Notes under the pieces: model-generated | What the model saw: the letters and a program-made list of their open reading frames with translations, nothing else | Told to the model about the DNA's origin: nothing | The model's database searches: none | Position numbers and translations under genes: made by a program | Assembly (NCBI RefSeq): GCF_039654945.1 | Contig: NW_027361749.1 | Location: 11,966,001-12,030,000, forward strand | Origin: Dendrobates tinctorius | Taxonomy: Eukaryota | Length of the DNA: 64,000 bases | Reading direction: 5' to 3' | Part shown: positions 12,979 through 25,715 of the stretch, piece after piece | How positions within the stretch are numbered: position 1 is the stretch's first letter | Layout: each line of letters starts with the position of its first letter

Positions 12979-15086
12979 GGAGGAATCCAATGGCTGGATA
13001 TCCTTAAAGACAAAAATGTCCAGGAAGGATGGGAAATCTTGAAAAATGAAATTCTCAAAGCACAGTTGTTAACAATTCCGAAAAGAGGGAAGAATAGGAA
13101 GCATTTAAGGAAACCAGGATGGGTGAACACAGAACTTAAGCACATGCTAAAAAGGAAGAAAAAAAATGTTTATAAAATGGAAAGAGGGAGGCATATCTAA
13201 AGAAGAATATAATGCTGTCTGCAGAATCTGCAGGGCACAAATCAGATTAGCTAAAGCTGAAAATGAATTGAGGCTTGCAAGAGATGTCAAAAGCAATAAT
13301 AAAGGATTTTGGGGATATGTCAAAAGTAAAAGAAAAGTCAAAGATGCTATAGGATTTTTACAGGATGAAAATGATGAAATGGTAAGACAGGATGTTGAGA
13401 AGGCTGAACTTTTAAATTCCTATTTTGCATCTGTTTTCTCTCAGAAAGGAAATGTAACACCAACTGTTATTCACTGTCTTATTAAGGGAATAGAAGAATC
13501 CAGGATATCTATAAACAGAAAGATAGTGAGGAAACACTTAGCTAACCTAAATGAATTCAAGTCTCCAGGTCCAGATGAATTACACCCCAGAGTACTGAAG
13601 GAGATAGCAGAAGAAATTTCTGAACCACTCTCCATAATCTTTGAAAATTCTTGGAGAACAGGAGAAGTGCCAGAAGACTGGAGAAGAGCAAATGTTGTTC
13701 CTATCTTCAAAAAGGGGAAGAAGGTGGACCCAGGCAACTATAGGCCGGTGAGTCTGACTTCTATACCAGGAAAGATCTTTGAACAAATTATTAAACAACA
13801 TGTAAGTCAATACCTGGATAAGAATGAAGTGATCAAACAGAGTCAGCATGGGTTTGTAACTAATAAGTCATGTCAGACTAACTTAATTTCCTTCTATGAC
13901 GGTATCACTGATTGGGTGGATCAAGGAAATGCTGTAGATATAGTATATCTTGACTTCAGCAAAGCATTTGACAAAGTCTCTCATACAATCCTTATTGAAA
14001 AAATGACTAAGTATGGAATGGACAAGGCAACTGTTAGGTGGATTCATAGCTGGCTTAGTGATCGGACCCAAAGAGTGGTCGTAAATGGCTGCACATCCAG
14101 TTGGAAGAATGTCTCAAGTGGGGTACCACAGGGCTCTGTCCTGGGCCCTGTATTGTTCAACATCTTTATCAACGATTTAGATGAAGGAATTGAGGGTAAA
14201 CTGATTAAATTTGCTGATGACACAAAGCTAGGAGGGATAGCTAATACTAGAGAAGAGAGAGATAGGATTCAAAAAGATTTAAATAAACTGGAGAAGTGGG
14301 CAGTAACTAACAGAATGGTTTTTAACAGGGAGAAATACAAAGTACTACATCTGGGCAATAAAAATGAAAAAAGCATATATAGAATGGGAGGAATAGGGCT
14401 AAATGACAGCACATGTGAAAAAGACTTGGGTATACTAATAGATCACAGACTGAATATGAGTCAACAGTGTGATGCAGCAGCAAAAAAGGCAAATGCAGTT
14501 CTAGGATGTATTAACAGAAGCATACAGTCTAGATCACGTGAAGTCATTATTTCCCTCTACTCCTCTTTGGTCAGACCTCATCTGGAATATTGTTTTGGGC
14601 ACCACATTTTAAAAAAGACATCAACAAACTGGAGCAAGTTCAGAAAAGAGCGACCAGAATGGTGACTGGTCTGCAAACCCTGTCTTATGAGGAAAGGTTG
14701 CAGGATTTGGGAATGTTTAGTTTGCAAAAGAGAAGACTGAGAGGAGACTTAATTGCTGTCTACAAATATCTAAAGGGCTGTCACATTGTAGAAGGCTCAA
14801 CTTTATTCTCATTTGCACAAGGAAAGACTAGAAGCAATGGGATGAAACTGAATGGGAGGAGACACAGATTAGATATTAGAAAAAACTTTTTGACAGTTAG
14901 AGTGATCAATGAGTGGAACAGGCTGCCACGAGAAGTGGTGAGTTCTCCTTCAATGGAAGTCTTCAAACAGATGCTGGACATCTGACTGGGATGATTTAGC
15001 GAATCCTGCTTTGAGCAGGGGGTTGGACCAGATGGCCCAGGAGGTCCCTTCCAACTCTACGATTCTATGATTCTATTCTATGATTC
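12979..15086 (+). mobile_element. CR1 LINE, 5'-truncated
   Basis: ORF2 RT region followed by a CR1-type 3' UTR (GGTTGGA..GGTCCCTTCCAAC hairpin) and a terminal (ATTCTATG)n repeat. Confidence 0.95.
13166..14985 (+). pseudogene. CR1 ORF2 reverse transcriptase (C-terminal part), frameshift near 14590
   Basis: KSPGPDELHPRVLKE, NYRPVSLTS, YLDFSKAFDKV, SGVPQGSVLGPVLF, KFADDTKL. Continues in the second frame as FWAPHFKKDI..WNRLP. Confidence 0.93.
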
Positions 15087-15504
15087 ATATCTGCAGGTTA
15101 ATAGCGTATTTTCACATGACAGGTTCCCTTTAATGAACCAGGGCAGTAGACCCCGGCCCACTCTTCTGCATGTAGCGTGTTGGAGAGTCAGGCAATTCTG
15201 CAATAACGCAGTCAGGTGGCGAACAGCCGCTGCCAGCCCCCCCCCCCCCGTCATATAACCACAGTCATGTCGCATTCACTATAGCACTGGCATTAGGACT
15301 GCTGGCAATATAACACATGTGGCGGCATTACATCACACCATGACACATACAGCAGAACAACCAGGTGGGATTTCCACTGAAAAAGGGTCAAGGGTAACCC
15401 ATGGTAACCAATAAAGGCTATTACAGGCCACAACGTCACTAGGTGGGTGGCAGGCACTGGCAGCACTTTTTGTGAGAGAGCACCACCATGTTCCATCCCC
15501 CTAA

Positions 15505-15862
15505 GGGTGTGTGCAGACGCTGCGGAATCCGCTGTGGATTAATCCTAACGGATTTTGCAAAAACCACCTGCGGATTATCTGCGGTTTTGCCTGCGGTTTG
15601 GTCCTGCGGATTCAGCATCTCCACAATGGTGGAGATAGGAACCCGCTGCGGATTCCGCAGAAAGAATTGACACGTCACTTCTTTCTGCGGTTTCAAAACC
15701 GCAGCAAATCCGCGCGGATTTTTCCGCAACGTCTACACAGCGTTTTTTTTTTTTACCGTTCATTTGAATGGTACTGTACACCGCAGCTAAAACTGCTGCG
15801 GGTCTGCAGCAGCCAAAACCGCTGCGGAAACGCAGCAGAATCCGCAGCGTGTGCACATACCC
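15505..15862. mobile_element. Harbinger-type MITE (GGGTATGTGCACAC family)
   Basis: TIRs GGGTGTGTGCAGACGCTGCGG / CCGCAGCGTGTGCACATACCC; flanked by TAA/TTA; internal (T)GCGG/CCGCA repeats. Confidence 0.85.
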
Positions 15863-15891
15863 TTACACCTCCGCACACTACAGAAAACTTA

Positions 15892-16237
15892 GGCTATGTG
15901 CACACACTGCAGATTCACTTGCGGGTTTTTTCCCGCGGAACCGCAGGTAAAATGACCTGCGGTTTTGCTGCGGTTTGGCCTGCAGTTTTGCTCTGCGGTT
16001 TCACACCTCTACTATGTTAAAGATGTGAAACCGCAGCAGAATCCGCAGAAACAATTGACATGCTGCTGAAAAAAAACCGCAGCTTTTCCGCAGGTAAAAA
16101 ACCGCAGCGTGAGCACTGCGGTTTTGAAAACCCATAGGCTAACATGGTAAAGTACCATGTCTGCGGAACTGCTGCAGTTCTGCAGGGCCAAAACCGCAGC
16201 AGAACCGGAGCAAAAACCGCAGCGTGTGCACATGGCC
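15892..16237. mobile_element. Harbinger-type MITE
   Basis: TIRs GGCTATGTGCACAC / GTGTGCACATGGCC with a TTA TSD. Confidence 0.85.
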
Positions 16238-16240
16238 TTA

Positions 16241-16554
16241 GGGTATGTGCACACGCTGCGGTTTTGGCCCTGCAGCAGTTCCGCAGACATGGTACTTTAC
16301 CATGTTAGCCTATGGGTTTTCAAAACCGCAGTGCTCGCGCTGCGGTTTTTTACCTGTGGAAAAGCTGCGGGTTTTTTTCCGCAGCATGTCAATTGTTTCT
16401 GCGGATTCTGCTGCGGTTTGCCACCTATTCCATTGTCCAGGTGTCAAACCGCAGGCCAAACCGCAGCAAAACCGCAGGTCACTTTACCTGCAGTTTTACC
16501 TGCGGTTCCGCAGGAAAAAACCCGCAGGTGAATCTGCAGTGTGTGCACATACCC
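16241..16554. mobile_element. Harbinger-type MITE, inverted sibling of 15892-16237
   Basis: TIRs GGGTATGTGCACAC / GTGTGCACATACCC; shares the TTA at 16238-16240 with the preceding copy. Confidence 0.85.
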
Positions 16555-16574
16555 TTACAGAGAAAGGGTGAAAC

Positions 16575-16678
16575 ACGGCCCCTCTGGGTGACACTCCCCC
16601 CCTCAGGGTGACATACGGCCCCTCTGGGTGACACTCCGCCCCTCAGGGTGTCATACGGCCCCTCTGGGTGACACACAG
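16575..16678. repeat. ~39-bp GC-rich minisatellite, ~2.5 copies
   Basis: CGGCCCCTCTGGGTGACAC recurs at ~16577, ~16616 and ~16656. Confidence 0.85.
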
Positions 16679-16699
16679 CCCCCCACCCCGCTCCGTCAC

Positions 16700-17010
16700 T
16701 CTGCACAGACCTGTGCTGAGGGCTGAACGTTTCTATAGAAGCACGGCCAGGCGCCGGCTCTCCTCAGTCTCCTGACGCTGCGTCGCTCTGCGTGCATCTG
16801 ACGCACCTCAGCCTGCAGCTGGGAAACTGAACAGAACAGACACGTCACGCACCCTGCTGGCTACGCCCACAACAGCCGGCTTCCCCAGACATCCAGCGGT
16901 GTGAGGCGAGTGGGTGTGTCCCTGAAGGACACGTGACCTAGCAGAAGGGCTGGGTGGGTTGGGCGTGTCGCTGAGGCTTGACAGAGAGGGAGGGGAAACA
17001 ACAAAGCGGA
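16700..17010 (+). promoter_or_regulatory. CpG-rich putative host gene promoter
   Basis: Non-repetitive, CpG-dense segment with a CRE-like CACGTCAC (~16840), an E-box CACGTGAC (~16930) and GC/GT boxes, immediately upstream of a strong splice donor. Confidence 0.6.
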
Positions 17011-17069
17011 GGAGCCGGCAGCAGCTGTCACCGAGTTGGAGTCCGGGTGAGGCGCGACGGCAGCGGCAG
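17005..17069 (+). other. Probable non-coding first exon of an unidentified host gene (start approximate)
   Basis: GC-rich leader ending GCAG|GTGAGT (consensus donor, GT at 17070); contains no ATG. Confidence 0.55.
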
Positions 17070-18529
17070 GTGAGTCAAGTGCAGTCGCGGCTGTAAAGTG
17101 CTGATGTGCGGCCAGTGCTTACACCTGTCATGCGTGTACCTGTGCTCCTCCACGCGTGGACCGGTCTGCACCCGTGCACATTTTGCCGGCTCGGGGACTA
17201 TGGATGGGTAAGAGATGTATGTGAGCGTCACACCACAGCCACACACTCCGGCAGCGGACTCCTGCCCACAGCTGTACACAGCACGCGTGGGTCTGCCCGC
17301 ATGGCCATACAGCTGGCAGCTCTCTAGAAGTGACTGATGTGTCCGGGGCAGGACATATGACTAGGAAGTCACAGCAGGGCAGGCTGCGGAGCTGTCACCC
17401 GGAGTGGGTCAGCCGTGGTCATCGTGGGCTTGGCATTGCTGGGCCCACACCTGCCACACATGGCATTGCTGGGCCCACACCTGCTGCCACACATGATGGC
17501 ATTACTGTGCCCTCTCTGTACGTCACATACTACCACTTTCACAAGTACTGGAGTGCGTAAAGTCCCTGTTTTCTCCCACTTCCCTGCTCTCTTTGGTGAA
17601 TACACATTACTGGGGACCATTGTGAGCTCCTCATGGGGACGGCAGCTCCGCACTATTGTGTATTAATAATTAGTTATTCCAGCCCCTCTCCCTATTGCCC
17701 CCAGAGATCAGCCCCCAGCCACTAATGTATGCTCTGAGTCAATGATCAGGCACATTTAGGGATTGATTGTGGGGGGGGGGGGGGGGGCCTGGTGTCGGTG
17801 CCCTCCTGTGACATTACAAACAATGGCTATATGGTTACAGCGGAGAGGTCGGAGCAGCGTCAGTGCAGCACTATTGCTTTTAGCCAGAGCGGCTTTATTC
17901 TCTAGGGAATGACTTGCACTAAAGACAAATCCTGTTTGTGCAAAGTACGGCCCTCAATACTTCCATAAATGACGCTGCAGGAAGAAGACTGTTATTACTT
18001 AACAGCACTTATAGCGGCGCGGTCTACAGAATCGTTACAGCATATTGTTTGCATGGTGGTAATCTGTAGGCTTGGGTGTTTAGGGACGTAACTGGTTAAT
18101 GAGACCTAATATTAGCAAACTAACTTTTTACAGGATGTTAAAGCAAATCTAAGCAACAAGCCGAGTAAATACATCCGCGACTCCTATACAGTGCCCACAT
18201 CATCTCAACCTGCAGATCACCGTGACGTGCTGTCAGACGCCTCAGCTGCAGATTGCTTAATGCTCGTCTGTGCCCATTCATTCCCCCGCTGTGTCATCTA
18301 ATAGGAATATGAAAATGATGAGGTTTCCCCACACTGGAATGTATTTACATGTCAATTAGACTTTTCACTAGTGGGCTATGGCAGCTGGGATCCTCACTTG
18401 AAAGGCGTAGACGAGTCTGCTCATTCATTGTATAGAGGGTCCGACAGTGCTGACATGTCAGTCTTGGATTACACATGAAATAACAATGCTGGATCATCCT
18501 TTTCGCGTGACTTCGTGTCTCTCTGTTAA

Positions 18530-18710
18530 GGCTCATTCACACGTCAGTATTTTGCATCAGTGTTTGTATGCCAAAGCCAGGAATGGAGCTTACTGAGAAA
18601 AAATATAATTGAAAGACTGACTCCTGTTCTTTGTTTTGGAGACACTCCTGGTTTTGGCATACAAATACTGATGAAATACTGCTCAAAAATACTGATGTGT
18701 GAATGAGGCC
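18530..18710. mobile_element. Harbinger-type MITE
   Basis: TIRs GGCTCATTCACACGTCAG / CTGATGTGTGAATGAGGCC; TAA/TTA flanks; hairpin. Confidence 0.8.
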
Positions 18711-19065
18711 TTAGACTGTGTGCACATGCAATTTTTTTTAGGTGGTCAAAAACTACAGTTGTGGCGAAAAGTATTGACACCCCTGCAATTCTGTCAGATA
18801 ATACTCAGTTTCTTCCTGAAAATAATTGCAAACACAAATTCTTTGGTATTATTATCTTCATTTAATTTGTCTTAAATGAAACAACACAAAAGAGAATGAA
18901 GCAAAACATTGATCATTTCACACAAAACTCCAAAAATGGGCCAGACAAAAGTCTTGACACCCTCAGCCTAATACTTGGTTGCACAACCTTTAGCCAAAAT
19001 AACTGCAACCAACCGCTTCCGGTAACCATCAATGAGTTTCTTACAATGCTCTGCTGGAATTTTAG

Positions 19066-19438
19066 TGATACAGACAAGGCGTGCACTCTGTGGATATGAG
19101 GTAGGTGCAAGCTGAACCTGGAACTTAGTCCAGACAGTCATCCAGTGAAGAGAAAACAGCTGCACTCTGGGAAATTTTGATTTTCAATGCAAAAAATTTT
19201 TTTTATTATTGAAGACACCACAGGGGAATAGTGCGTTGAGGTAACGTTTCGACCTTATGTCGGGTCTTTTTCAAACCTCACTTAAAGCACAAGAGAAAAA
19301 AAAGCAATCACGGCAGTATGAATGTGCAGGAGGGGCTAAAGTGCCATATGTAGAAGTCCGGTCTGGCAGGGACCAGGCAGAGGTCCTAAGATGAGCTGGA
19401 AGCGTGGGGCAGCTACCGCCGTCTGTGGTGTAGTGTCA
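19066..19438 (-). mobile_element. Penelope-like pseudo-LTR fragment inserted in the Tc1
   Basis: 15-bp duplication CTGCTGGAATTTTAG (19051-19065, 19439-19453). Contains a minimal hammerhead-like motif followed by AATAAA on the minus strand. Confidence 0.7.
19237..19280 (-). ncRNA. Minimal type I hammerhead ribozyme-like motif (variant core)
   Basis: Minus strand: UGAGGU-UUGAAAA-AGACC cgacauaa GGUC-GAAA-CG-UU-ACCUCA. Helix I is 6 bp, helix II is 4 bp, and helix III is palindromic. Confidence 0.6.
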
Positions 19439-19705
19439 CTGCTGGAATTTTAGACCATTCTTCTTTGGCAAACTGCTCCAGGTCCCTGATATTTGAAGGG
19501 TGCCTTCTCCAAACTGCCATTTTTAGCTCTCTCCACAGGTGTTCTATGGGATTCAGGTCTGGACTCATTGCTGGCCACCTTAGAAGTCTCCAGTGCTTTC
19601 TCTCAAACCATTTTCTAGTGCTTTTTGAAGTGTGTTTTGGGTCATTGTCCTGCTGGAAGACCCATGACCTCTGAGGGAGACCCAGCTTTCTCACACTGGG
19701 CTCTA

Positions 19706-19921
<216 letters not shown>

Positions 19922-22829
19922 TCATCTGACCAGAGAACATTCTTCCAAAACGTTTTAGGCTTTTTCAGGTAAGTTTTGGCAAACTCCAGCCTGGCTTTTT
20001 TATGTCTAGGGGTAAGAAGTGGGGTCATCCTGGGTCTCCTACCATACAGTCCCTTTTCATTCAGACGCCGACGGATAGTACGGGTTGACACTGTTGTACC
20101 CTCGGACTGCAGGGCAGCTTGAACTTGTTTGGATGTTATTCGAGGTTCTTTATCCAACATCCGCACAATCTTGCGTTGAAATCTCTTGTCAATTTTTCTT
20201 TTCCGTCCACATCTAGGGAGGTTAGCCACAGTGCCATGGGCTTTAAACTTCTTGATGACACTGCGCACGGTAGACATAGGAACATTCAGGTCTTTGGAGA
20301 TGGACTTGTAGCCTTGAGATTGCTCATGCTTCCTCACAGTTTGGTTTCTCAGGTCCTCAGACAGTTCTTTGGTCTTCTTTCTTTTCTCCATGCTCAATGT
20401 GGTACACACAAGGACACAGGACAGAGGTTGAGTCAACTTTAATCCATGTCAACTGGTTGCAAGTGTGATTTAGTTATTGCCAACACCTGTTAGGTGCCAC
20501 AGGTAAGTTACAGGTGCTGTTAATTACACAAATTAGAGAAGCATCACATGATTTTTCGAACAGTGCCAATACTTTTGTCCACCCTCTTTTTTTATGTTTG
20601 GTGTGGAATTATATCCAATTTGGCTTTAGGACAATTCTTTTTGTGTTTTTTCATTTAAGACAAATTAAATGAAGATAATAATACCAAAGAATTTGTGTTT
20701 GCAATCATTTTCAGGAAGAAACTGAGTACTATCTGACAGAATTGCAGGGGTGTCAATGCTTTTGGCCACAACTGTACATGTTTTTCAATGGAAACTGGCT
20801 CAGGAAATGCTCCTTTTTTCGGGAGGTTTTGGGAAAGTTTTTAATTTCCTAAAGGGGATTTTGAAAACTTCTTTTCAAGCGTTCCTGGAGACTTTTTTTT
20901 TTTTTTTTTTTTTTTCCAGCCTCCTAGATTGGACAGTGCCTAGTTTGGAGAGTACTCTATCGGGAGATGCTTCAGAGAAGTGACACATGCACTTTTTTTC
21001 CACTGGAGTTTTTCAAAACCTGAAGCGGACAAAAATGCTCAAAAGACTGACCATGTGACCAGCAAAGTAGCTTTACAATACAAATGAATGAGAAGAATTT
21101 TTCTTAAAGTAGAAGACCCGCTCCAAAAAAGCCTGTGTGCACATATCCTTAGGTCTAGTCACACACTTGGTATTTCACAAAAATTTAGGCACCAATTCCA
21201 AAGTCGGCCTTTATTAGTGTCAGACAAGTCCAGAATCCCTACTGGTAACACCAAGTTTTCTATTCTATGCTTCAAAAAAATGCCTGAGAACTTAAATATC
21301 ATAGGGAATACAGTACCGACATGGACATATCTGGAGAGATGACAATCGCAAGCATGTACATGAGCATGAGAGGACATGTTGGCATGGTCGGCTTTCCATC
21401 TGTCTAACCTCTGCTGGGACCATTCATTTCTCCGCTTAATGAGATGGAGTCTCCGCAACTAGGCCTCAACAATCATAAGCGTCATGGCCGTTCTCATTAT
21501 TGTATTTCTAGCTCATTAGTGCATAACTCTTCACAGATGTTAACTATACAAACTGTGATCTCTTAATAGGACCAGGAGAAAAGTGTGTGATGATATGTAC
21601 ATTGTAAGAAGGTTCCTGTCTAATACTGAGTAAATAAGCCAGCCAGGGAGTTCAGTAGCAAGGAACTGTATTTTCTCTGCTCCGTCATGCCACTCCTGGT
21701 TTTCAGGATAATTATGGCTAATCACCTGCCATGCTCAGGTATACAATGAAAGGGTAGAGAGTCCACAAGCTACTGACTCTTTCTACTGGTGAGGCTGGTG
21801 GAATTATTTAGAAAATCGGTGTCCTAAAAGTCGTTTAATGTTGAAATAAGAACTGGGACTCGAGCAATTCTCATTTTATTATTAAGTAGTGAAACTTTCA
21901 GGAGTTGCTTTTTAAAATAAGTACACCTGTCTTGTTATACTTAGATTACCGTATATACTCGAATATAAGTCGAGATTTTCAGCCCAAAAAATTGGGCTGA
22001 AAGTCCCCCTCTCGTCTTATATTCGAGTCATATACAAAGGGGGTCAGAGGGGGAGGGGGGGCGTGGGTGTCAGGTCATACTTACCCGTCCTGACGCTGTG
22101 TCTTGAGCCCCCAGCTTCTCCCCGTGCTCTCTCTTCCTGCCTTCAGCGGTCACGTGGTTCCGCTCATTAAAACTCATGAATATGCGCATATTCATGAGTT
22201 TTAATGAGCATTACCACATGACCGCTGAAGGCAGGAAGAGAGAGCGCGGAGAAGCTGGGGGCTCAACAGACAGCGTCAGGACGGGTAAGTACAGCGATAC
22301 TCACCTGTCCTGCGTCCATGGCTGCTTGCTGCTGTCCAGCGTCGGACTGGCCCACCGGGGAACCGGAGGATTCTCCGGTGGGCCCTGGCATCTGGTGGGC
22401 CCTGGCACCTGCAGGCATACAGGGCCAGCAGTTGCCTAGGGCCCCCGCTGCTCCAGGGGCCCCCAGCCAGTGGTGTGTCGCACACCATGCAGCTGCTATG
22501 GGGGCCACTGCCAGCGGAGCAGCAGCGGGTGTCAGGAGGCAGGAGCCCCTGTCCCCGCTGCTAAAGAGAAATGAATATTCACTGCGAAGCAGTGAATATC
22601 ATTTCAGGTCTCCACCCCCAGAGGCCCCGCCCCCAGCCCAGTAAGCTGCTCTGCATCAGGGCCGGCGCCGCCCTCAGTCCTCTCTGCTCCTGGCTCACAG
22701 CCAGTGCGCGATGACGTCACTACATCGCGCACCCGCTGTGTGTCTGGCAGAGGGGGCAGCTCCTGACACTGAAGCCGGGATCAGCGTGGGAGCGAGGAGG
22801 AGAGGTGAGTATTGTTTTGTTTGTTTTTT

Positions 22830-25134
22830 TTATATCTCTCGCTCTCTCTATCTGTCTCTCTCTATCTATCTATCTATCTCTATTTCTCAATATATCTCTC
22901 TCTCTCTATCTCTCTTANNNNNNNNNNNNNNNNNNNNNNNNNNNNNNNNNNNNNNNNNNNNNNNNNNNNNNNNNNNNNNNNNNNNNNNNNNNNNNNNNNN
23001 NNNNNNNNNNNNNNNNNNNNNNNNNNNNNNNNNNNNNNNNNNNNNNTATTATGTCTATCTATCTCTATATCTATCTATCTTACTCTATCTCTATATCTAT
23101 TATCTCTATATTTATTATCTATCTAGCTACCATCTATATCTATCTATCTTGATCTATATATATCTCTATCTAATATCTATATCTATCTATCTCTATACCT
23201 ATCTATCTATTTATCTATCCGTTATCTATCTCTATATCTTTTCTCTGTATCTATCTATCTCTATATCTATATCTCTCGCTATCTATTGCTCTATCTCTAT
23301 ATCTATCTTTATATCTATATCTATATATCTATCTCTATCTATCTCTATATCTATCTCTATTTCTCTCTATATCTATCTCTATATCTCTATAGCTATCTAT
23401 CTATATATCTCTATCTCTATATCTATCTCTCTATCTATCTTTCTATCTCTATATCTATATATCTATCTATCTTTATCTATTTATCTCTATATCTTTTCTN
23501 NNNNNNNNNNNNNNNNNNNNNNNNNNNNNNNNNNNNNNNNNNNNNNNNNNNNNNNNNNNNNNNNNNNNNNNNNNNNNNNNNNNNNNNNNNNNNNNNNNNN
23601 NNNNNNNNNNNNNNNNNNNNNNNNNNNNNNNNNNATATCTATCTATCTTTCTTTCTCTATCTATTTATCTCTATCTATTATCTATATCTATCTATCGCTC
23701 TATCTCTACATCTATCTCTATATCTATCTTTCTATCTATATCTATCTATATCTATCTATTATGTCTATCTAGCTATCTCTATTATCTATATCTACCTATC
23801 TCTATATCTTTCTATCTTACTCTATCTCTATATCTATCTGTTATCTCTATATTTATTATCTATCTTTATCTATCTATCTCTATCTATATCTATCTCTATC
23901 TAGATACAGGAAAGATGTATATCTTTGTACCGTGTTAGCCAGTAAATAGAAAAATATTCAGGATTGAGAGTCCTCAGTAGTTGATACCTTTTATCTCTAT
24001 CTATTTATCGATCTCTGTATCTATCTCTCTCTATATCTATCTCTCTCTCTATCTACCGCTCTCTCTATCTCTATCTATCTTTATATCTATATCTATCTAT
24101 CTCTATATCTATTATCTCTATATCTATCTACCTATCTATCTCTATATCTATCTATATATATATATATCTGTTTCTCTCTATATCTATCTCTATATCGCTC
24201 TCTCTATAGCTATCTATATATTATCTCTATATCTATCTATATATTATCTCTATATCTATCTATCTCTATATCTATCTATCTCTATATCTGTTATCTCTAT
24301 ATCCATATCTATCTCTAGATCTATCTTTCTATCTAACACTATATCTCTATATCTATCTCTATATCTCATTATCTATCAATCTCTATCNNNNNNNNNNNNN
24401 NNNNNNNNNNNNNNNNNNNNNNNNNNNNNNNNNNNNNNNNNNNNNNNNNNNNNNNNNNNNNNNNNNNNNNNNNNNNNNNNNNNNNNNNNNNNNNNNNNNN
24501 NNNNNNNNNNNNNNNNNNNNNNNNNNNTATCTATCTTTCTAACTCTATATCTATCTATCTCTATACATATCTNNNNNNNNNNNNNNNNNNNNNNNNNNNN
24601 NNNNNNNNNNNNNNNNNNNNNNNNNNNNNNNNNNNNNNNNNNNNNNNNNNNNNNNNNNNNNNNNNNNNNNNNNNNNNNNNNNNNNNNNNNNNNNNNNNNN
24701 NNNNNNNNATTTATATCCATCTATCTATATAAATTTATCTCTATATCTATCTATATATGTCTATATTATTATTATTATTATATCTGTATATCTCTATCTA
24801 TTATCTATCTCTATCTATTATCTTTCTCTATCTATATATATATCTATCTCTATATCTTTCTATCTATAGCTATCTATCTCTATATCTATCTATCTATCTA
24901 TCTATCTATCCATTATCTATTTTCTATCTATCTCTATATCTATCTACCTATCGATCTATCTATCTATATTTCTTTATATATCTATCTTTATATCTATCTC
25001 TATGAATCTTTCTATCTATATCTATCCATTATCTACTTTCTATCCATTATCTACTATCTATCTCTATATCTATCTATTTCTACATCTATCTTTCTATCTA
25101 TTTCTATCTAACTCTATATCTATATATCTATATA
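22830..25134. repeat. Degenerate (TATC/TC/TA)n microsatellite with four assembly gaps
   Basis: Directly visible; N runs at ~22918, ~23500, ~24388 and ~24573. Confidence 0.97.
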
Positions 25135-25715
25135 GCATTATACCCTATGAGGGGGTGCATTATTCCCTATGAGGGGGCAGCATTATACCCTATGAGGAGG
25201 CAGCATTATACCCTATGAGGAGGCAGCATTATACCCTATGAGGAGGCAGCATTATACCCTATGAGGAGGCAGCATTATACCCTATGAGGAGGCAGCATTA
25301 TACCCTATGAGGAGGCAGCATTATACCCTATGAGGAGGCAGCATTATACCCTATGAGGAGGGCAGCATTATTCCCTATGAGGGGGGCAGTATTATACCCT
25401 ATGAGGGGGGGCAGTATTATACCCTATGAGGGGGGCAGCATTATACCCTATGAGGGGGGCAGCATTATACCCTATGAGGGGGCAGCATTATTCCCTATGA
25501 GGGGATGCATTATTCCCTATGAGGGGGGCAGTATTATACCCTATGAGGGGGTGCATTATACCCTATGAGGGGGTGCATTATTCCCTATGAGGGGGGCAGT
25601 ATTATACCCTATGAGGGGGGCAGTATTATATTCTATGAGATGGCTGCATTATATTCTATGAGATGGCTGCATTATACTATGTGAGGGGGCTGCTTTATAT
25701 TCTATGAGGGGGCTA
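25135..25715. repeat. ~22-23-bp minisatellite GCATTATACCCTATGAGGAGGCA
   Basis: More than 20 tandem copies are visible. Confidence 0.97.

Larger units (their letters stand above)
12575..15128. mobile_element. T2/Kolobok-type MITE remnant split by the CR1 insertion
   Basis: Left arm TTAACCTGCAGATATG (~12579). The right arm resumes after the CR1 as CATATCTGCAGGTTAATAG..GACAGGTTCCCT-TTAA. Confidence 0.65.

Noticed and set aside
15439-16611. Cluster of short Cys/Gly/Ala-rich ORFs
   Set aside because: They derive from GCGG/CCGC-rich MITE sequence.
16725-16741. Heat-shock-element-like GAA/TTC pattern near the promoter
   Set aside because: The spacing does not fit contiguous nGAAn units.
22711-25111. 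Long I/Y/L/S-rich ORFs (up to 376 aa)
   Set aside because: They are translations of the (TATC)n microsatellite and run through N gaps.
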